This document shows positions 53,033 to 62,727 of a stretch of 64,000 nt of DNA, piece by piece. Source of the stretch: Aureliella sp. (GTDB lineage Bacteria > Planctomycetota > Planctomycetia > Pirellulales > Pirellulaceae); contig OY829846.1 in NCBI GenBank assembly GCA_963691875.1, positions 288,001 through 352,000 on the forward strand, written 5' to 3'. Each line of letters starts with the position of its first letter. The stretch's first letter is position 1. A program made the translations under genes and the position numbers. The notes beneath the pieces are model-generated. The model did no database searches. It saw only the letters and a program-made list of their open reading frames with translations, and was not told the origin of the DNA.

Positions 53033-53632
53033 ATGGATCTAACGGAACTCGTTGCGCGTATTCGTGCCGGAAACGCAGAAGCGTTGGCAATGCTACTTGA
53101 GGCCGAACGTGAATCGTTGCTCGGATTCTTGCGTGGGATTACAGGCGACCATCTACTCAAGGTCGTTTCTTTCGAGGACTTGTATCAGGAAGTGGCCACA
53201 AGTGCATTGTCTTCGCTCGCGAGCGTTGCAAATCCAGAGTTCAATCCATCCGCTTGGCTGCGACAGCTTTGTCGAAGACGCGTGGCTGATGCGCACCGTT
53301 TTTACTATGGAGCAGAAAAAAGAGCTGCTTCACGGAGCCAAGCAATTTCAGGAGAAAACTCAACACCTGGACTGGAAGGCCTCCTCATCGCGAGCATTAC
53401 CTCCCCAAGTGAAGCTGTAAGCCGTGATATCCGACTTTCACGAGTGAAAGCCGCTCTCGATTCACTAGGCGAATCGGCATCAAAGGCAATACACATGCGT
53501 TACATCGAGAATAATCGCACCAAAGAGATCGCGGAAATTCTGGGCAAGTCGGATGTCGCAGTGCGCGTCCTCATCAGGCGAAGCTTGAGAAAGCTCGCAG
53601 AAATCGTGGAGAAACGCCCGTCATCTTCGTAA
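53033..53632 (+). CDS. ECF-type sigma-70 factor (planctomycete type)
   Basis: Region 2 (EDLYQE, AWLRQLCRRRVADAHR, AEKRAASR), SITSPSEAV linker, region 4 (TKEIAEILGKSDVAVRVLIRRSLRKL). Confidence 0.88.
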   Translation: MDLTELVARIRAGNAEALAMLLEAERESLLGFLRGITGDHLLKVVSFEDLYQEVATSALSSLASVANPEFNPSAWLRQLCRRRVADAHRFYYGAEKRAASRSQAISGENSTPGLEGLLIASITSPSEAVSRDIRLSRVKAALDSLGESASKAIHMRYIENNRTKEIAEILGKSDVAVRVLIRRSLRKLAEIVEKRPSSS

Positions 53633-53781
53633 GAAAAGAGCGGCTTGAATCGCAAGTTGCCGGTTCGTCTGATTCGACGGTTCAATAACTCTTCAATTCT
53701 CGAGTAACACTTTTCGTGGAACCCCGCTGAGGTAAGTGGCTTGAAAGCACTACTTAACTTCTGATTTATTGGGGAAAATCG

Positions 53782-54898
53782 ATGAGAATCTTAGTTTCTT
53801 TGGCAGCAGCCACGTTGTTGATGTTCGGTCTGGCATCCGCAAGCGTCGGCCAAAGCCGGCAGACTGTCGGACCGTATCTACCATACGAAAACTTGCGCTA
53901 CTGGAGCACACTGCCGCCCCCCCAAACCTTTCGCGTACTTTGAGGAAGACGATTCAGGTGATTCAACAGTCAATGCATTCTTACTTTCCTATCAAAGTGA
54001 CGAAGTCTATCCTCGCCCCAGTGAAACCTTTAGTTATAGTTGGATTGAGGACTTCGGAGACTCTTTAGAGGACGACGGCATTCGATTAGTCACCTACGAG
54101 TCCTATGCCTGGACGGGGACCGAGGTTGCAATTATGGAACTGAACGATGCGATGATCGTTGTGTTCCGCGGGAGTCACGGTGGTGACTCCAATGCGATCA
54201 ACTACTTTGCCGATTGGCTTACCGGTATCAATGGAACGGCAATCCAACGCAGTATTGGTTCGCGAAGCGTCTACGTGCACGAGGGATTTTGGTACGCGTC
54301 CGATAGTGCTTATGAGGATGTGCTGAGCTATGTCAGCGCCGCTCATGCGGATGGCAAAAAGATCTGGCTAACGGGACACAGCCTGGGAGGAGCAAACGCT
54401 ACGATCATTGCGGCTAGGCTTCAGTGGGAAGATGGAATTCCTGTCCAAGGACTTCACACTTTCGGCTCTCCACGTGTTGGGAATCAAGACTTCAAGAAGC
54501 TATTCACGGATGACGCTCCAGGAGGCATTCCTGCTCTGGGCGAACGCACAAGACGCTGGGTAGTTGATGGTGACTGGGCAACGACTTTATTCCAGATTTA
54601 CCGACAATGGCGATTGCAGTGGAGTTGGTTCGTGATGGGATACATCCCTACTTACTTCGACATTCACTACTACCACGTTGGTCAAACCAATCTTATGGAT
54701 AACGTCGGAGCTAGTGCTTTCGAGGTTGAGTACAACATTCCAAGCAATCGAGGCATGCCCGCGAACCTCTCCTCGTTGCACCCGGATGGAGAGCACATGC
54801 AATACACCGAGGGACTGGCTCAGGAACTGGAACGCATACTCAATTCGGCCAGTGATGAAACGCAACTCACGACGCTCCTCAGTTTAGAGATCCGATAG
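53782..54898 (+). pseudogene. Secreted class 3 lipase, split by a +1 frameshift at a C7 tract (53917-53923)
   Basis: ATG 53782 encodes a signal peptide (MRILVSLAAATLLMFGLASA) and stops at 53941. The catalytic frame (VVFRGS, VHEGF, TGHSLGG, TFGSPRVG) is open back through the C7 run. Removing one C gives a 371-aa protein. Confidence 0.75.
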
Positions 54899-55199
54899 CT
54901 TTCATCATAAGAATGTGTTGTTCCACAGACAACGCAACGTACCCGTTCCATCAAATTCAAACGCCAGCATCTTATCTGATGCTGGTGTCGCTTATTATTT
55001 AAGCGATGATCTTTACGAATTTATGTGTAGCCTTCGGATGACTTCGATGTTCGTGATTGGAAAATAATTCTTGTTCCAGAATCTGGATCGATTCAGGAGC
55101 TTCAGAAAGAGCCCCTACGCAGCGAGTTCAATTGCTTGAAGACTCGGTAGTCGACCAGCGATGAAAGAGTGCGGGGAAGAGATGGATCGCCTATAGGGG

Positions 55200-55550
55200 A
55201 GCCAATCGGAAGGACTCAAGCAGTTTGCTCCCTCTCACCAAAACCTGTGAGCCTGGCATTTACGAAGCCGGTTCTCATCGGTCTACATTTGCCTGGTCCG
55301 AGATGAATTGCGAACATGGGCAGAATGCAAGGATTTTACTTGGCAGTGACGATGGTTTTGAACTGTGGCTGAACCCGTTAGCAATTAGGCAATCACGAGT
55401 AAAGCCGGCAATTCGTAGAGCGAGAAAGTGTCTTGGATGCCCAGTTTTGGGCCAAGTAGGAATCAATTCCTGTTCCGCATCGATCAAAATTCCGGTCGAT
55501 GGAGGGTTGACTTGTAGATTGATAGGTTAGACGACTGGCCGGTGGTCTAA
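55200..55550 (+). pseudogene. Remnant of a gene with a beta-sandwich 'GSDDG..W.N...N.L..I.Q..G.W' domain
   Basis: FAWSEM..ARILLGSDDGFELWLN in one frame, RNQFLFRIDQNSGRW..L* in another. No intact start. Confidence 0.45.
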
Positions 55551-55742
55551 TCAACGATGTAGCGTTCTCGTTCTCTCTGTACCGGCTTCAGTCGTTCACT
55601 ACCGCGATTTGTTCCCTAGTCCCGTTTGCAACGGTTCTGCGAACTGTAGAAAGCCGAGCCGTCCAATTTTCTGTCAACTGATTCACTACGGCTGGACCGG
55701 CCTTGCGATCTGGGCAAAGTGAAGGTATTTTTAGGCCATCAT

Positions 55743-55834
55743 TGGAGTCGTCAGACCATTATTCCGTTGACTGTCTTGGTTCAGGCCGAACCTAGGCCTA
55801 TCAGCAAACGTCCTTCTGCCCGGCTCCACTTTTT
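55743..55834 (+). ncRNA. Candidate small RNA (about 90-nt irregular hairpin plus U tract) upstream of tRNA-Asn
   Basis: tggagtcg/cggctcca, caga/tctg, cgtt/aacg, ctg/cag and cttggttc/gaacctagg pairings, then T5. Promoter-like TTGCGA-N17-TATTTT at 55703-55731. Confidence 0.45.
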
Positions 55835-55894
55835 GATACCAATCATCAAAGTCACGGTTCGTTTTTGACGAATTAGATTTTGTAAAACCAATGA

Positions 55895-55967
55895 TCCTCT
55901 GTAGCTCAGTTGGTAGAGCAAGCGGCTGTTAACCGCTGGGTCGCAGGTTCGAGCCCTGCCGGAGGAG
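55895..55967 (+). tRNA. tRNA-Asn (GTT)
   Basis: Acceptor TCCTCTG/CGGAGGA, D-arm GCTCAGTTGGTAGAGC, anticodon stem AGCGG/CCGCT with GTT at 55928-55930, T-arm GCAGGTTCGAGCCCTGC. CCA is not encoded. Confidence 0.98.
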
Positions 55968-56010
55968 CTTTTTCGGAAAGCGTTCGAAAAATGCTTCCGT
56001 AGTAAACGCC

Positions 56011-56040
56011 AAAGGCCGATGCGTGTGCATCGGCCTTTTT
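56011..56040 (+). terminator. Intrinsic terminator after tRNA-Asn
   Basis: aaaggccgatgc-gtgt-gcatcggccttt followed by tt. Confidence 0.85.
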
Positions 56041-56051
56041 GCGTTATATCC

Positions 56052-57435
56052 CGTGCGGTACAAAACGACTGAACAAGGTTTCGGCAGGCAGAATCCAGGG
56101 TCTAGGTAGCAGGTCGGCAGTTGAAAACTGACGTCGGACGATCGTTCACCTGCGTCGGGAGGCCGTGATAGAGGGTTGGAGAGAACAGCTTCGACCTGAT
56201 TTTCACTGTCGGGGCGTACCGCGAGCGCAGAAGATCGACCAACGAACCACTGATCGCTGACCAGCCTTAAGCCGCTTTGCGATGCATCGACTTGATCACC
56301 CCGCCGAGTTGCTCACGGCATTCAACGTCTTCGAGCCTGATGGTGGTCCACTCGGGCACGTCGGCTTGATCACACGGCGGCCGATGGTTTCGATGGGAGT
56401 GAGGGCGCGCATCGTTAAAGTGCTCTACGAATTCACGAACCAGGTAGTCGAGATGATCCTGGCCGAAGGCAATGAAATGGTCGAGGCATTCAGACTTGAT
56501 GGTCTGAATGAAACGTTCGAGACGAGCGTTGAGATTGGGTGAGCGGACCGGGAGCTTCTTGCACTCAACTCCCGCATCCTTCAAGGTTGACCGGAAGTCG
56601 CCAGAGAACTTGGTGTCCCGGTCGTGGATCAAGATCGTAGGGCGATGCTCACGGTGATCTGTCTGCCTGACGAAGCTCTGAGCCTGCTCAACCACCCAAG
56701 CGGAGTTTGGCTTTCGAGTACTCTTGGAGACCACGACCTCACGGCTCTCAAGGTGCATGAATACCAGGACGTACAGGTCGACGAGGCCGCGCGCCGTTAC
56801 GGCTCGTTTGGTGAAGAAGTCGCAAGCCCACAGCGTCTCGGCATGAGCTTTCAGATAATCGTCCCAAGTACCCCGCCGTCGCTTCGGGCTTGGCTCGATG
56901 GTCTCTTCCTTCAAAATGTTCTTAACCGTCTGGCGACAGATCCGCGAGATTCCGAGGCTGCGGAGTTCTCCGAGGATCTTGGTGTAGCCGAACCCGGTCT
57001 CTCGAGCGATCTTGAGGACGAGGTCACGTAGCACTTGGCTCTTGCCTCGAGGCTTGCTTACGGAGGGCTTGCCGCGTTTCGCTTCCCGTCGCCAGCGGTA
57101 GAAGGTGCCAGGGGTGACGATCGAGATCAGCTCTTCGATCGCAGCACCGAGCGGCAAACCAAACTTAAGAAGCCGGTCACGTTCTTCACGGCGAGTGTGA
57201 ACTTGCCCAGGGATCCTCGCACGAAGGATCTGGTTCTCTTCCTTCAAATAACGGACTTGGCGACGGAGATGAGAGTCGGAAGCACTGGCGATCAGCGCCA
57301 GCAGCGGATGAAACAGCTTGGTCACGGGAGTTCGTTGGTGTAAGCTCTAAGTGGTTCAGTCATCGGGGGATAGCAGTTGGTTTATACCCCGGATCCAGCG
57401 TGATTGAGGGTGCCGTGGGCGTCAACTTTTAGACG
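56052..57435 (-). mobile_element. IS-like element, copy 1 (integrase-core/rve DDE transposase)
   Basis: Left boundary inferred from the 13-mer cgtgcggtacaaa shared with copy 2. Right boundary tentatively at ...ttttagacg (rc CGTCTAAAA). No target-site duplication seen. Confidence 0.6.
56267..57325 (-). CDS. Integrase core domain (IS481/IS3-like DDE) transposase
   Basis: N-terminal YLKEENQILR, HTH GYTKILGELR.LG, D in LWACDFF, D in IHDRD, E in NARLERF..TIKSECL, C-terminal REQLGGVIK...AA. Confidence 0.9.
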   Translation of the reverse strand: MTKLFHPLLALIASASDSHLRRQVRYLKEENQILRARIPGQVHTRREERDRLLKFGLPLGAAIEELISIVTPGTFYRWRREAKRGKPSVSKPRGKSQVLRDLVLKIARETGFGYTKILGELRSLGISRICRQTVKNILKEETIEPSPKRRRGTWDDYLKAHAETLWACDFFTKRAVTARGLVDLYVLVFMHLESREVVVSKSTRKPNSAWVVEQAQSFVRQTDHREHRPTILIHDRDTKFSGDFRSTLKDAGVECKKLPVRSPNLNARLERFIQTIKSECLDHFIAFGQDHLDYLVREFVEHFNDARPHSHRNHRPPCDQADVPEWTTIRLEDVECREQLGGVIKSMHRKAA

Positions 57436-57984
57436 GTGCTTGGAGGCAGCCCACCTGAGTTAACTGATCCACCCTGTTTCGGCCGATGGGAAAAGACGAC
57501 CATCAGGTTAACTCTGTTTCGCAGGTCGCTGTTAACGGATGTGGCTCAGTTTCTAATCCGGTTGCCATCGCTACAGAGCGACCGAAAGCGACTCGAAATC
57601 AGCAAGTGCTTTGCTGGTGAGGATTTGCAATAATCGATCTCGCGAGAGTCGTTACGAAGAGAGTTTTGTACGGGGAGCACTTGAAGATCGAATGTGACGC
57701 ACGAACCAGAGAACTTTTCAACCACTGAAAGTTGGAGAGTGTCACGTCCGCCGCATCCCCAACCGGATGAGTATCGGAACCCGCAAGTCACTGTTATCTC
57801 ATCACTTACGAAAGTGAGAACTCTGCGCGAATTTCCGCGAGAGGGTCCTGCACAGGGAGGCCCCGTGACAACCCATTTCTTGTTAAAATAAAACTCCCCT
57901 TGGGCGTTCATGCTTCGCCTCCTTTGGACGACTCCCCTACCCACCTCACCTGAAATCACGCCCTCCTACACGGCGACGAATTGG

Positions 57985-60900
57985 ATGTTCTACTTGAAAG
58001 CGCAGACGAATCGCTTGCTCTGGCTCGGTCCCTTGGTGACTCTGTTTTTGGCTTGGCCTTCAACACGGGGCATTGCAGAGGAGCCCAAGCCCCCAGCGGC
58101 AGCGGAGGAAATTGAGTTTTTCGAAAATCGGATACGCCCCGTTCTGGTCGAACACTGCGATCAGTGCCACTCCGAAAACGCCAAGAATATTCAGGGTGGC
58201 CTGCGACTTGATTCAAAAACGGCCGCCCAAAAGGGCGGAGACTCCGGACCGGCCGTGGTCCCGGGGAACGTTGAGGAAAGTCTGCTGATCGATGCTTTAA
58301 GATACGACGGCTTTGAGATGCCGCCCAAGGGGAAACTTCCTGAATCGGTCATCGAGGATTTTACGCGATGGATCGAGATGGGTGCCCCTGATCCACGAGT
58401 CGATACGGAGGTGGTTGAGTCCACCATTGATTTCGACGAGGCAGCGAAGTTCTGGTCGTTTCAGCCGATTTCAGCATCAGATCCTCCCTCGGTCGAGAAT
58501 AAGAGTTGGGCCACCAATCCAATCGACTACTTCACCCTGGCCAAGATGGAGCAACTTGGCTTAACCCCCGTTGACCAGGCGAGCAAACACGCTCTGATTC
58601 GCCGGGCCACTTTCGATCTCATCGGCTTGCCGCCGACTCCCGAGGAGATCGCCAACTTTTTGGAAGATGATTCTCCCTCCGCATTCGAGACCGTTGTCAA
58701 CCGTTTGTTGGAGTCGGAACATTACGGAGAGCGTTGGGGTCGTTACTGGTTAGATGTTGCCCGCTATGCGGAGGATCAAGCTCACACGTTCGCTGTACGT
58801 GCCAATACCAATGGCTACCGCTATCGGGACTGGGTGATCCAATCATTCAATCATGACCTTCCCTACAACGAGTTCGTCCGATTGCAGATCGCAGGTGACC
58901 TGATGGAGCCATCCTCTGAGGGCAACTACGATCACCTGATCGCCCTCGGATTTTTTGGACTCGGTGCCCAATACTACAAGAACAGCGATAAAGCGAAAGC
59001 GATGGCGGATGAACTTGACGATCGAGTCGACACGCTAACGCGTGGCTTTCTGGGGCTGACTGTTTCCTGTGCCCGTTGCCATGATCACAAGTTCGATCCG
59101 ATTCCCACTCAAGATTACTATTCTCTCGCGGGCATCTTCAGTAGTTCACGACTTCACAATGCGCCCCTTTGCACGCAAGAGGAAATCTCGCGATACAACG
59201 AAGGTCAGAACGTCATCAAGCAGGCCGAGAACGAAGTAAAACAATTCTACGCGGATGCGAAAGTAGCCGAGGCCGAGACGCGGGTCCACCAAATTGCTGA
59301 CTATATGGAAGCGGCGTGGCGCGTTCGAATCGCCGAAGCGGCAGGTAATAAAGAAATCAAGAAGCAACTCGCGCAGGAAAACTCACTGAGCGAGTTCCTG
59401 TTATCAAGATGGGTCAACTTTCTCGATCCCAAGCAGAAGGGGAAAGTCACCGCCCTCAATGAATGGCACGAGCAGACGGCGAATCAAGCGGTCGAAGTCA
59501 ACGATGCATCCATTGCTCTAGTTCAACAACTGGCTCAGCAGTTCCAAGATCGGGTTGTTCGCGAACTAGGAATCCGGGACGGATCGATCGATCCAGCTTC
59601 GAGCGAGGACGCCCCTCTCCACACGCCCGGCAGCCCCCGATTCGTAACCCCGATCGTAACCAAGGCTCGACCTACCGCGATGATCCGTGCTGACATCCGT
59701 GGAACAAAAGAGCTCTACCTGATCGTCAACGACGGAGGTAACGGAAAAAGCTGTGATCATGCGGACTGGATTTCACCCAAACTGATTGGTGAGCAGGGTG
59801 AAATCAAGCTGACGGAATTGCGTTGGAAAAAGCATGAGGGTGTCGAACCAAAACTGAATTCGAACTATACCGGAAAGACCATTCGGGTTGGCGGAAAAGA
59901 GTACTCAGACGGGATTGGAGTTCACGCGCCATCCACGCTGATCTTTGACCTGCCTGAGGGTTACGATCGTTTCGAGGCCGTCGGGGGTCTGGACAATAGC
60001 GGCACCGATCAAAACGGCTGTGGCGACCAAGCCAGTGTGCAGTTTTACGTCTACACGGAAAAACCTGCAAACGATCCTATTATCAACCTCGTGCTCGGCA
60101 AGGATGGTCCCCTTGCAGTCCCTGATAATGAACTCGAAGAATTTCTGCAGGGGCAAGCAAAAGAACGTCTGATCGCTCTCAAAGATGCCGTAGAAAGTGC
60201 AAAGAAAGCGGCACCACCCATGTATGCGATTGCACATTCCTATACGGAGGGCAACCCCGCAGACATGAAAGTATTCGTTCGCGGCAACCCGGCGCGGCAA
60301 CGCGAAATGGCACCGCGTCGGTTTTTGAGAGTTCTGGCCGGTGAAGAAAGGTCGCCTTACACCTCGGGCAGCGGACGACTCGAATTGGCAAACGACATTG
60401 CCCATCCAGATAATCCACTGACGGCACGAGTGATGGTGAATCGCATATGGCAACACCATTTCGGGAGAGGAATCGTCGGAACGCCGAGCAATTTCGGAAA
60501 ACTGGGCGAGGCCCCCACACACCCAGCGCTCTTGGACTTCCTCGCTTCGAAATTCATGGAGCAGGGATGGTCCATCAAACAGCTCCATCGTGACATCATG
60601 TTGTCGTCGACCTATCGACTAACCGCTGAAAGCGACTCCAAAAATATGGAGGTGGATGCGGACAATCGATACCTTTGGCGGGCTAACCGTCGTCGACTTG
60701 ATGTCGAAGCATGGCGAGACACTTTGCTGGATGTGTCGGGTCAGTTGGATCGAACCATGGGAGGCGTTTCAACCCAACTGAATGATTCAAACAATTTACG
60801 ACGAACGGTCTATGCAAAAATCAGCCGCCATCAACTCGATAGCCTCCTTCGTTTGTTTGATTTTCCGGATCCCAATATCACGAGTGCCACGCGAACGGAG

Positions 60901-61182
60901 ACCACCGTTCCCCAACAACAATTATTTGTTCTGAACAGCACGTTCATGATCAACCGTGCCAAAGCATTCGCCACACGGATCCATGAAGAAACGACTGGCG
61001 ACGATTCATTAAAAATCGAGCGGGCATTCGAGTTGGCTTACGGGCGTTCACCTACCGACGCCGAATTGGAACTGGGCCTCGAGTATCTGTCTATGGAAAA
61101 AGCGCCCGACGACAAACTAACGCGTTGGGAGAGCTATGCTCAAGTGATCCTCGGCAGTAACGAATTGATCTACATCGACTGA
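57985..61182 (+). CDS. Planctomycete cytochrome c / DUF1549 / NPCBM / DUF1553 (PSD1) protein
   Basis: FFENRIRPVL..CDQCH, MPP, WIEMGA, NPID, LIRRATFDLIGLPPT, YGERWGRYWLDVARYA, CARCHDHKFDPI, SGRLELA, NPLTARVMVNRIWQHHFG, PTHPALLD. The longest ORF starts at 57910. Confidence 0.93.
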   Translation: MFYLKAQTNRLLWLGPLVTLFLAWPSTRGIAEEPKPPAAAEEIEFFENRIRPVLVEHCDQCHSENAKNIQGGLRLDSKTAAQKGGDSGPAVVPGNVEESLLIDALRYDGFEMPPKGKLPESVIEDFTRWIEMGAPDPRVDTEVVESTIDFDEAAKFWSFQPISASDPPSVENKSWATNPIDYFTLAKMEQLGLTPVDQASKHALIRRATFDLIGLPPTPEEIANFLEDDSPSAFETVVNRLLESEHYGERWGRYWLDVARYAEDQAHTFAVRANTNGYRYRDWVIQSFNHDLPYNEFVRLQIAGDLMEPSSEGNYDHLIALGFFGLGAQYYKNSDKAKAMADELDDRVDTLTRGFLGLTVSCARCHDHKFDPIPTQDYYSLAGIFSSSRLHNAPLCTQEEISRYNEGQNVIKQAENEVKQFYADAKVAEAETRVHQIADYMEAAWRVRIAEAAGNKEIKKQLAQENSLSEFLLSRWVNFLDPKQKGKVTALNEWHEQTANQAVEVNDASIALVQQLAQQFQDRVVRELGIRDGSIDPASSEDAPLHTPGSPRFVTPIVTKARPTAMIRADIRGTKELYLIVNDGGNGKSCDHADWISPKLIGEQGEIKLTELRWKKHEGVEPKLNSNYTGKTIRVGGKEYSDGIGVHAPSTLIFDLPEGYDRFEAVGGLDNSGTDQNGCGDQASVQFYVYTEKPANDPIINLVLGKDGPLAVPDNELEEFLQGQAKERLIALKDAVESAKKAAPPMYAIAHSYTEGNPADMKVFVRGNPARQREMAPRRFLRVLAGEERSPYTSGSGRLELANDIAHPDNPLTARVMVNRIWQHHFGRGIVGTPSNFGKLGEAPTHPALLDFLASKFMEQGWSIKQLHRDIMLSSTYRLTAESDSKNMEVDADNRYLWRANRRRLDVEAWRDTLLDVSGQLDRTMGGVSTQLNDSNNLRRTVYAKISRHQLDSLLRLFDFPDPNITSATRTETTVPQQQLFVLNSTFMINRAKAFATRIHEETTGDDSLKIERAFELAYGRSPTDAELELGLEYLSMEKAPDDKLTRWESYAQVILGSNELIYID

Positions 61183-61218
61183 ACCGACGCCTCCAAGGTC
61201 GCCGGTCACCGACAAAAT

Positions 61219-62640
61219 ATGAAGCGAATCCCAACCATGAAATTCATCCAACCCCATCCACAACTGAACCGACGCGAATCGCTCCAACGCATGGGCATCG
61301 GTCTGGGATCCCTTGGACTGGCGGGGATCCTCGCTCAGGATGCTGCACGGGGTGCGTCCCCTCAGGGTGTCCTCGATCCCAAGCCAACGCATTTTGCACC
61401 CCGCGCAAAACATATCATCCACTTGTTCATGAATGGGGGGCCTTCTCAAGTGGATACGTTCGACCCCAAACCTGCGCTTGAAAAATACAACGGTGAACGC
61501 CCACCCGGTGCAGAACTCAAAACAGAGCGTCGGACAGGCGGGCTACTTATGTCCCCCTTCAAGTTTCGGCGTTACGGTGAGTCTGGCTTGGAAGTGAGCG
61601 ATCTTTTTCCCAAGGTCGGCGAATGCATTGACGATATTTGTGTGATTCGGTCAATGCACACCAACATCCCCAATCACGAGCCCTCACTGCTGATGATGAA
61701 TAGCGGCGAGACACAACCCACTCGCCCTGCAATGGGGTCGTGGCTCTTGTACGGTCTGGGCACAGAAAATCAGAATCTACCCGGCTTCGTTGTTTTGTGT
61801 CCCGGCAAGCCCGTGGTGGGTCCTCAGCTTTGGAGCAACAGTTTCCTGCCGGGTGTCTTCCAAGGGACGCACATCAACCACGCAAAAGATGTTGATCCGA
61901 AGAAAGTGATCGAACACATCAACAACACCCACCTAACGAAATCTGCGCAGCGTCAACAACTGGATCTCCTGACAAAGATGAATCAGATCCATCTCGAACA
62001 ACGAGGCGGTCAAGATCACCGATTGGATGCAAGAATCGAATCACTCGAGATGGCGTTTCGAATGCAGGCAGAAGCTCAGGACGTTTTTGACCTTGGCAAG
62101 GAAACCAAGGAGACCCGGGAGGCCTACGGCACAGGCCAGTTTGCTAACGGCTGCCTTGCGGCGAGGCGATTGGTGGAAAGTGGCGTGCGGATGGTACAAG
62201 TGTATTATGGCAATGGCCAACCCTGGGATGATCACGGCAACATCAAGTCACACGCTGACAAGGCGAAAAACGTGGATCAACCGATTGCCGCCCTGATCAA
62301 GGACCTGAAGCAACGTGACCTGCTGAAAGATACCCTGATCATTTGGGGTGGTGAATTCGGTCGAACACCTGTGGCGGAAAATGGTAACGGTCGAGACCAT
62401 AACCACCATGGATTTTCCATGTGGCTCGCCGGCGGTGGGATCAAAGGCGGTATGGCCTATGGTTCAACAGATGAGTTCGGATTCGCCGCGGTGGAAAACA
62501 AAGTCCATGTGCACGATCTTCACGCAACGATCTTGCATCTGATGGGCTTGGATCACGAAAAATTAACCTACCGATACAGCGGTCGAGATTTTCGCTTGAC
62601 GGATGTTCACGGTCGAGTGGTGCGCGAAATCATCGCATAG
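61219..62640 (+). CDS. DUF1501 domain protein (sulfatase-like), Tat-like signal
   Basis: LNRRESL, HLFMNGGPSQVDTFDPKP, IRSMHT, YGLGTENQNLPGFVVL, CLAARRLVESGVR, GEFGRTP, GRDHN, HVHDLHAT, RLTDVHG. Confidence 0.93.
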   Translation: MKRIPTMKFIQPHPQLNRRESLQRMGIGLGSLGLAGILAQDAARGASPQGVLDPKPTHFAPRAKHIIHLFMNGGPSQVDTFDPKPALEKYNGERPPGAELKTERRTGGLLMSPFKFRRYGESGLEVSDLFPKVGECIDDICVIRSMHTNIPNHEPSLLMMNSGETQPTRPAMGSWLLYGLGTENQNLPGFVVLCPGKPVVGPQLWSNSFLPGVFQGTHINHAKDVDPKKVIEHINNTHLTKSAQRQQLDLLTKMNQIHLEQRGGQDHRLDARIESLEMAFRMQAEAQDVFDLGKETKETREAYGTGQFANGCLAARRLVESGVRMVQVYYGNGQPWDDHGNIKSHADKAKNVDQPIAALIKDLKQRDLLKDTLIIWGGEFGRTPVAENGNGRDHNHHGFSMWLAGGGIKGGMAYGSTDEFGFAAVENKVHVHDLHATILHLMGLDHEKLTYRYSGRDFRLTDVHGRVVREIIA

Positions 62641-62727
62641 GCGATGGCCGCGCTGAACAAGCAAGTGAACACTGTCGTGAGCCCGTGAAAGGCAGGTCGT
62701 GACTGACGTTATGATTGTGGTAAAAGT

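Noticed and set aside
55743..55828. SRP RNA, tRNA-Sec, tmRNA 3' end or fluoride riboswitch as the identity of the hairpin
   Set aside because: It lacks the SRP GGAA tetraloop motif, has no TTCGA T-loop, and only the 3' fragment ctgacgactcc resembles the fluoride aptamer.
57457..57514. Inverted repeat gagttaactgat...atcaggttaactc resembling an integron attC site
   Set aside because: The R boxes deviate from RYYYAAC/GTTRRRY, there are no pairing L boxes, it is a single copy, and no tyrosine integrase is present.
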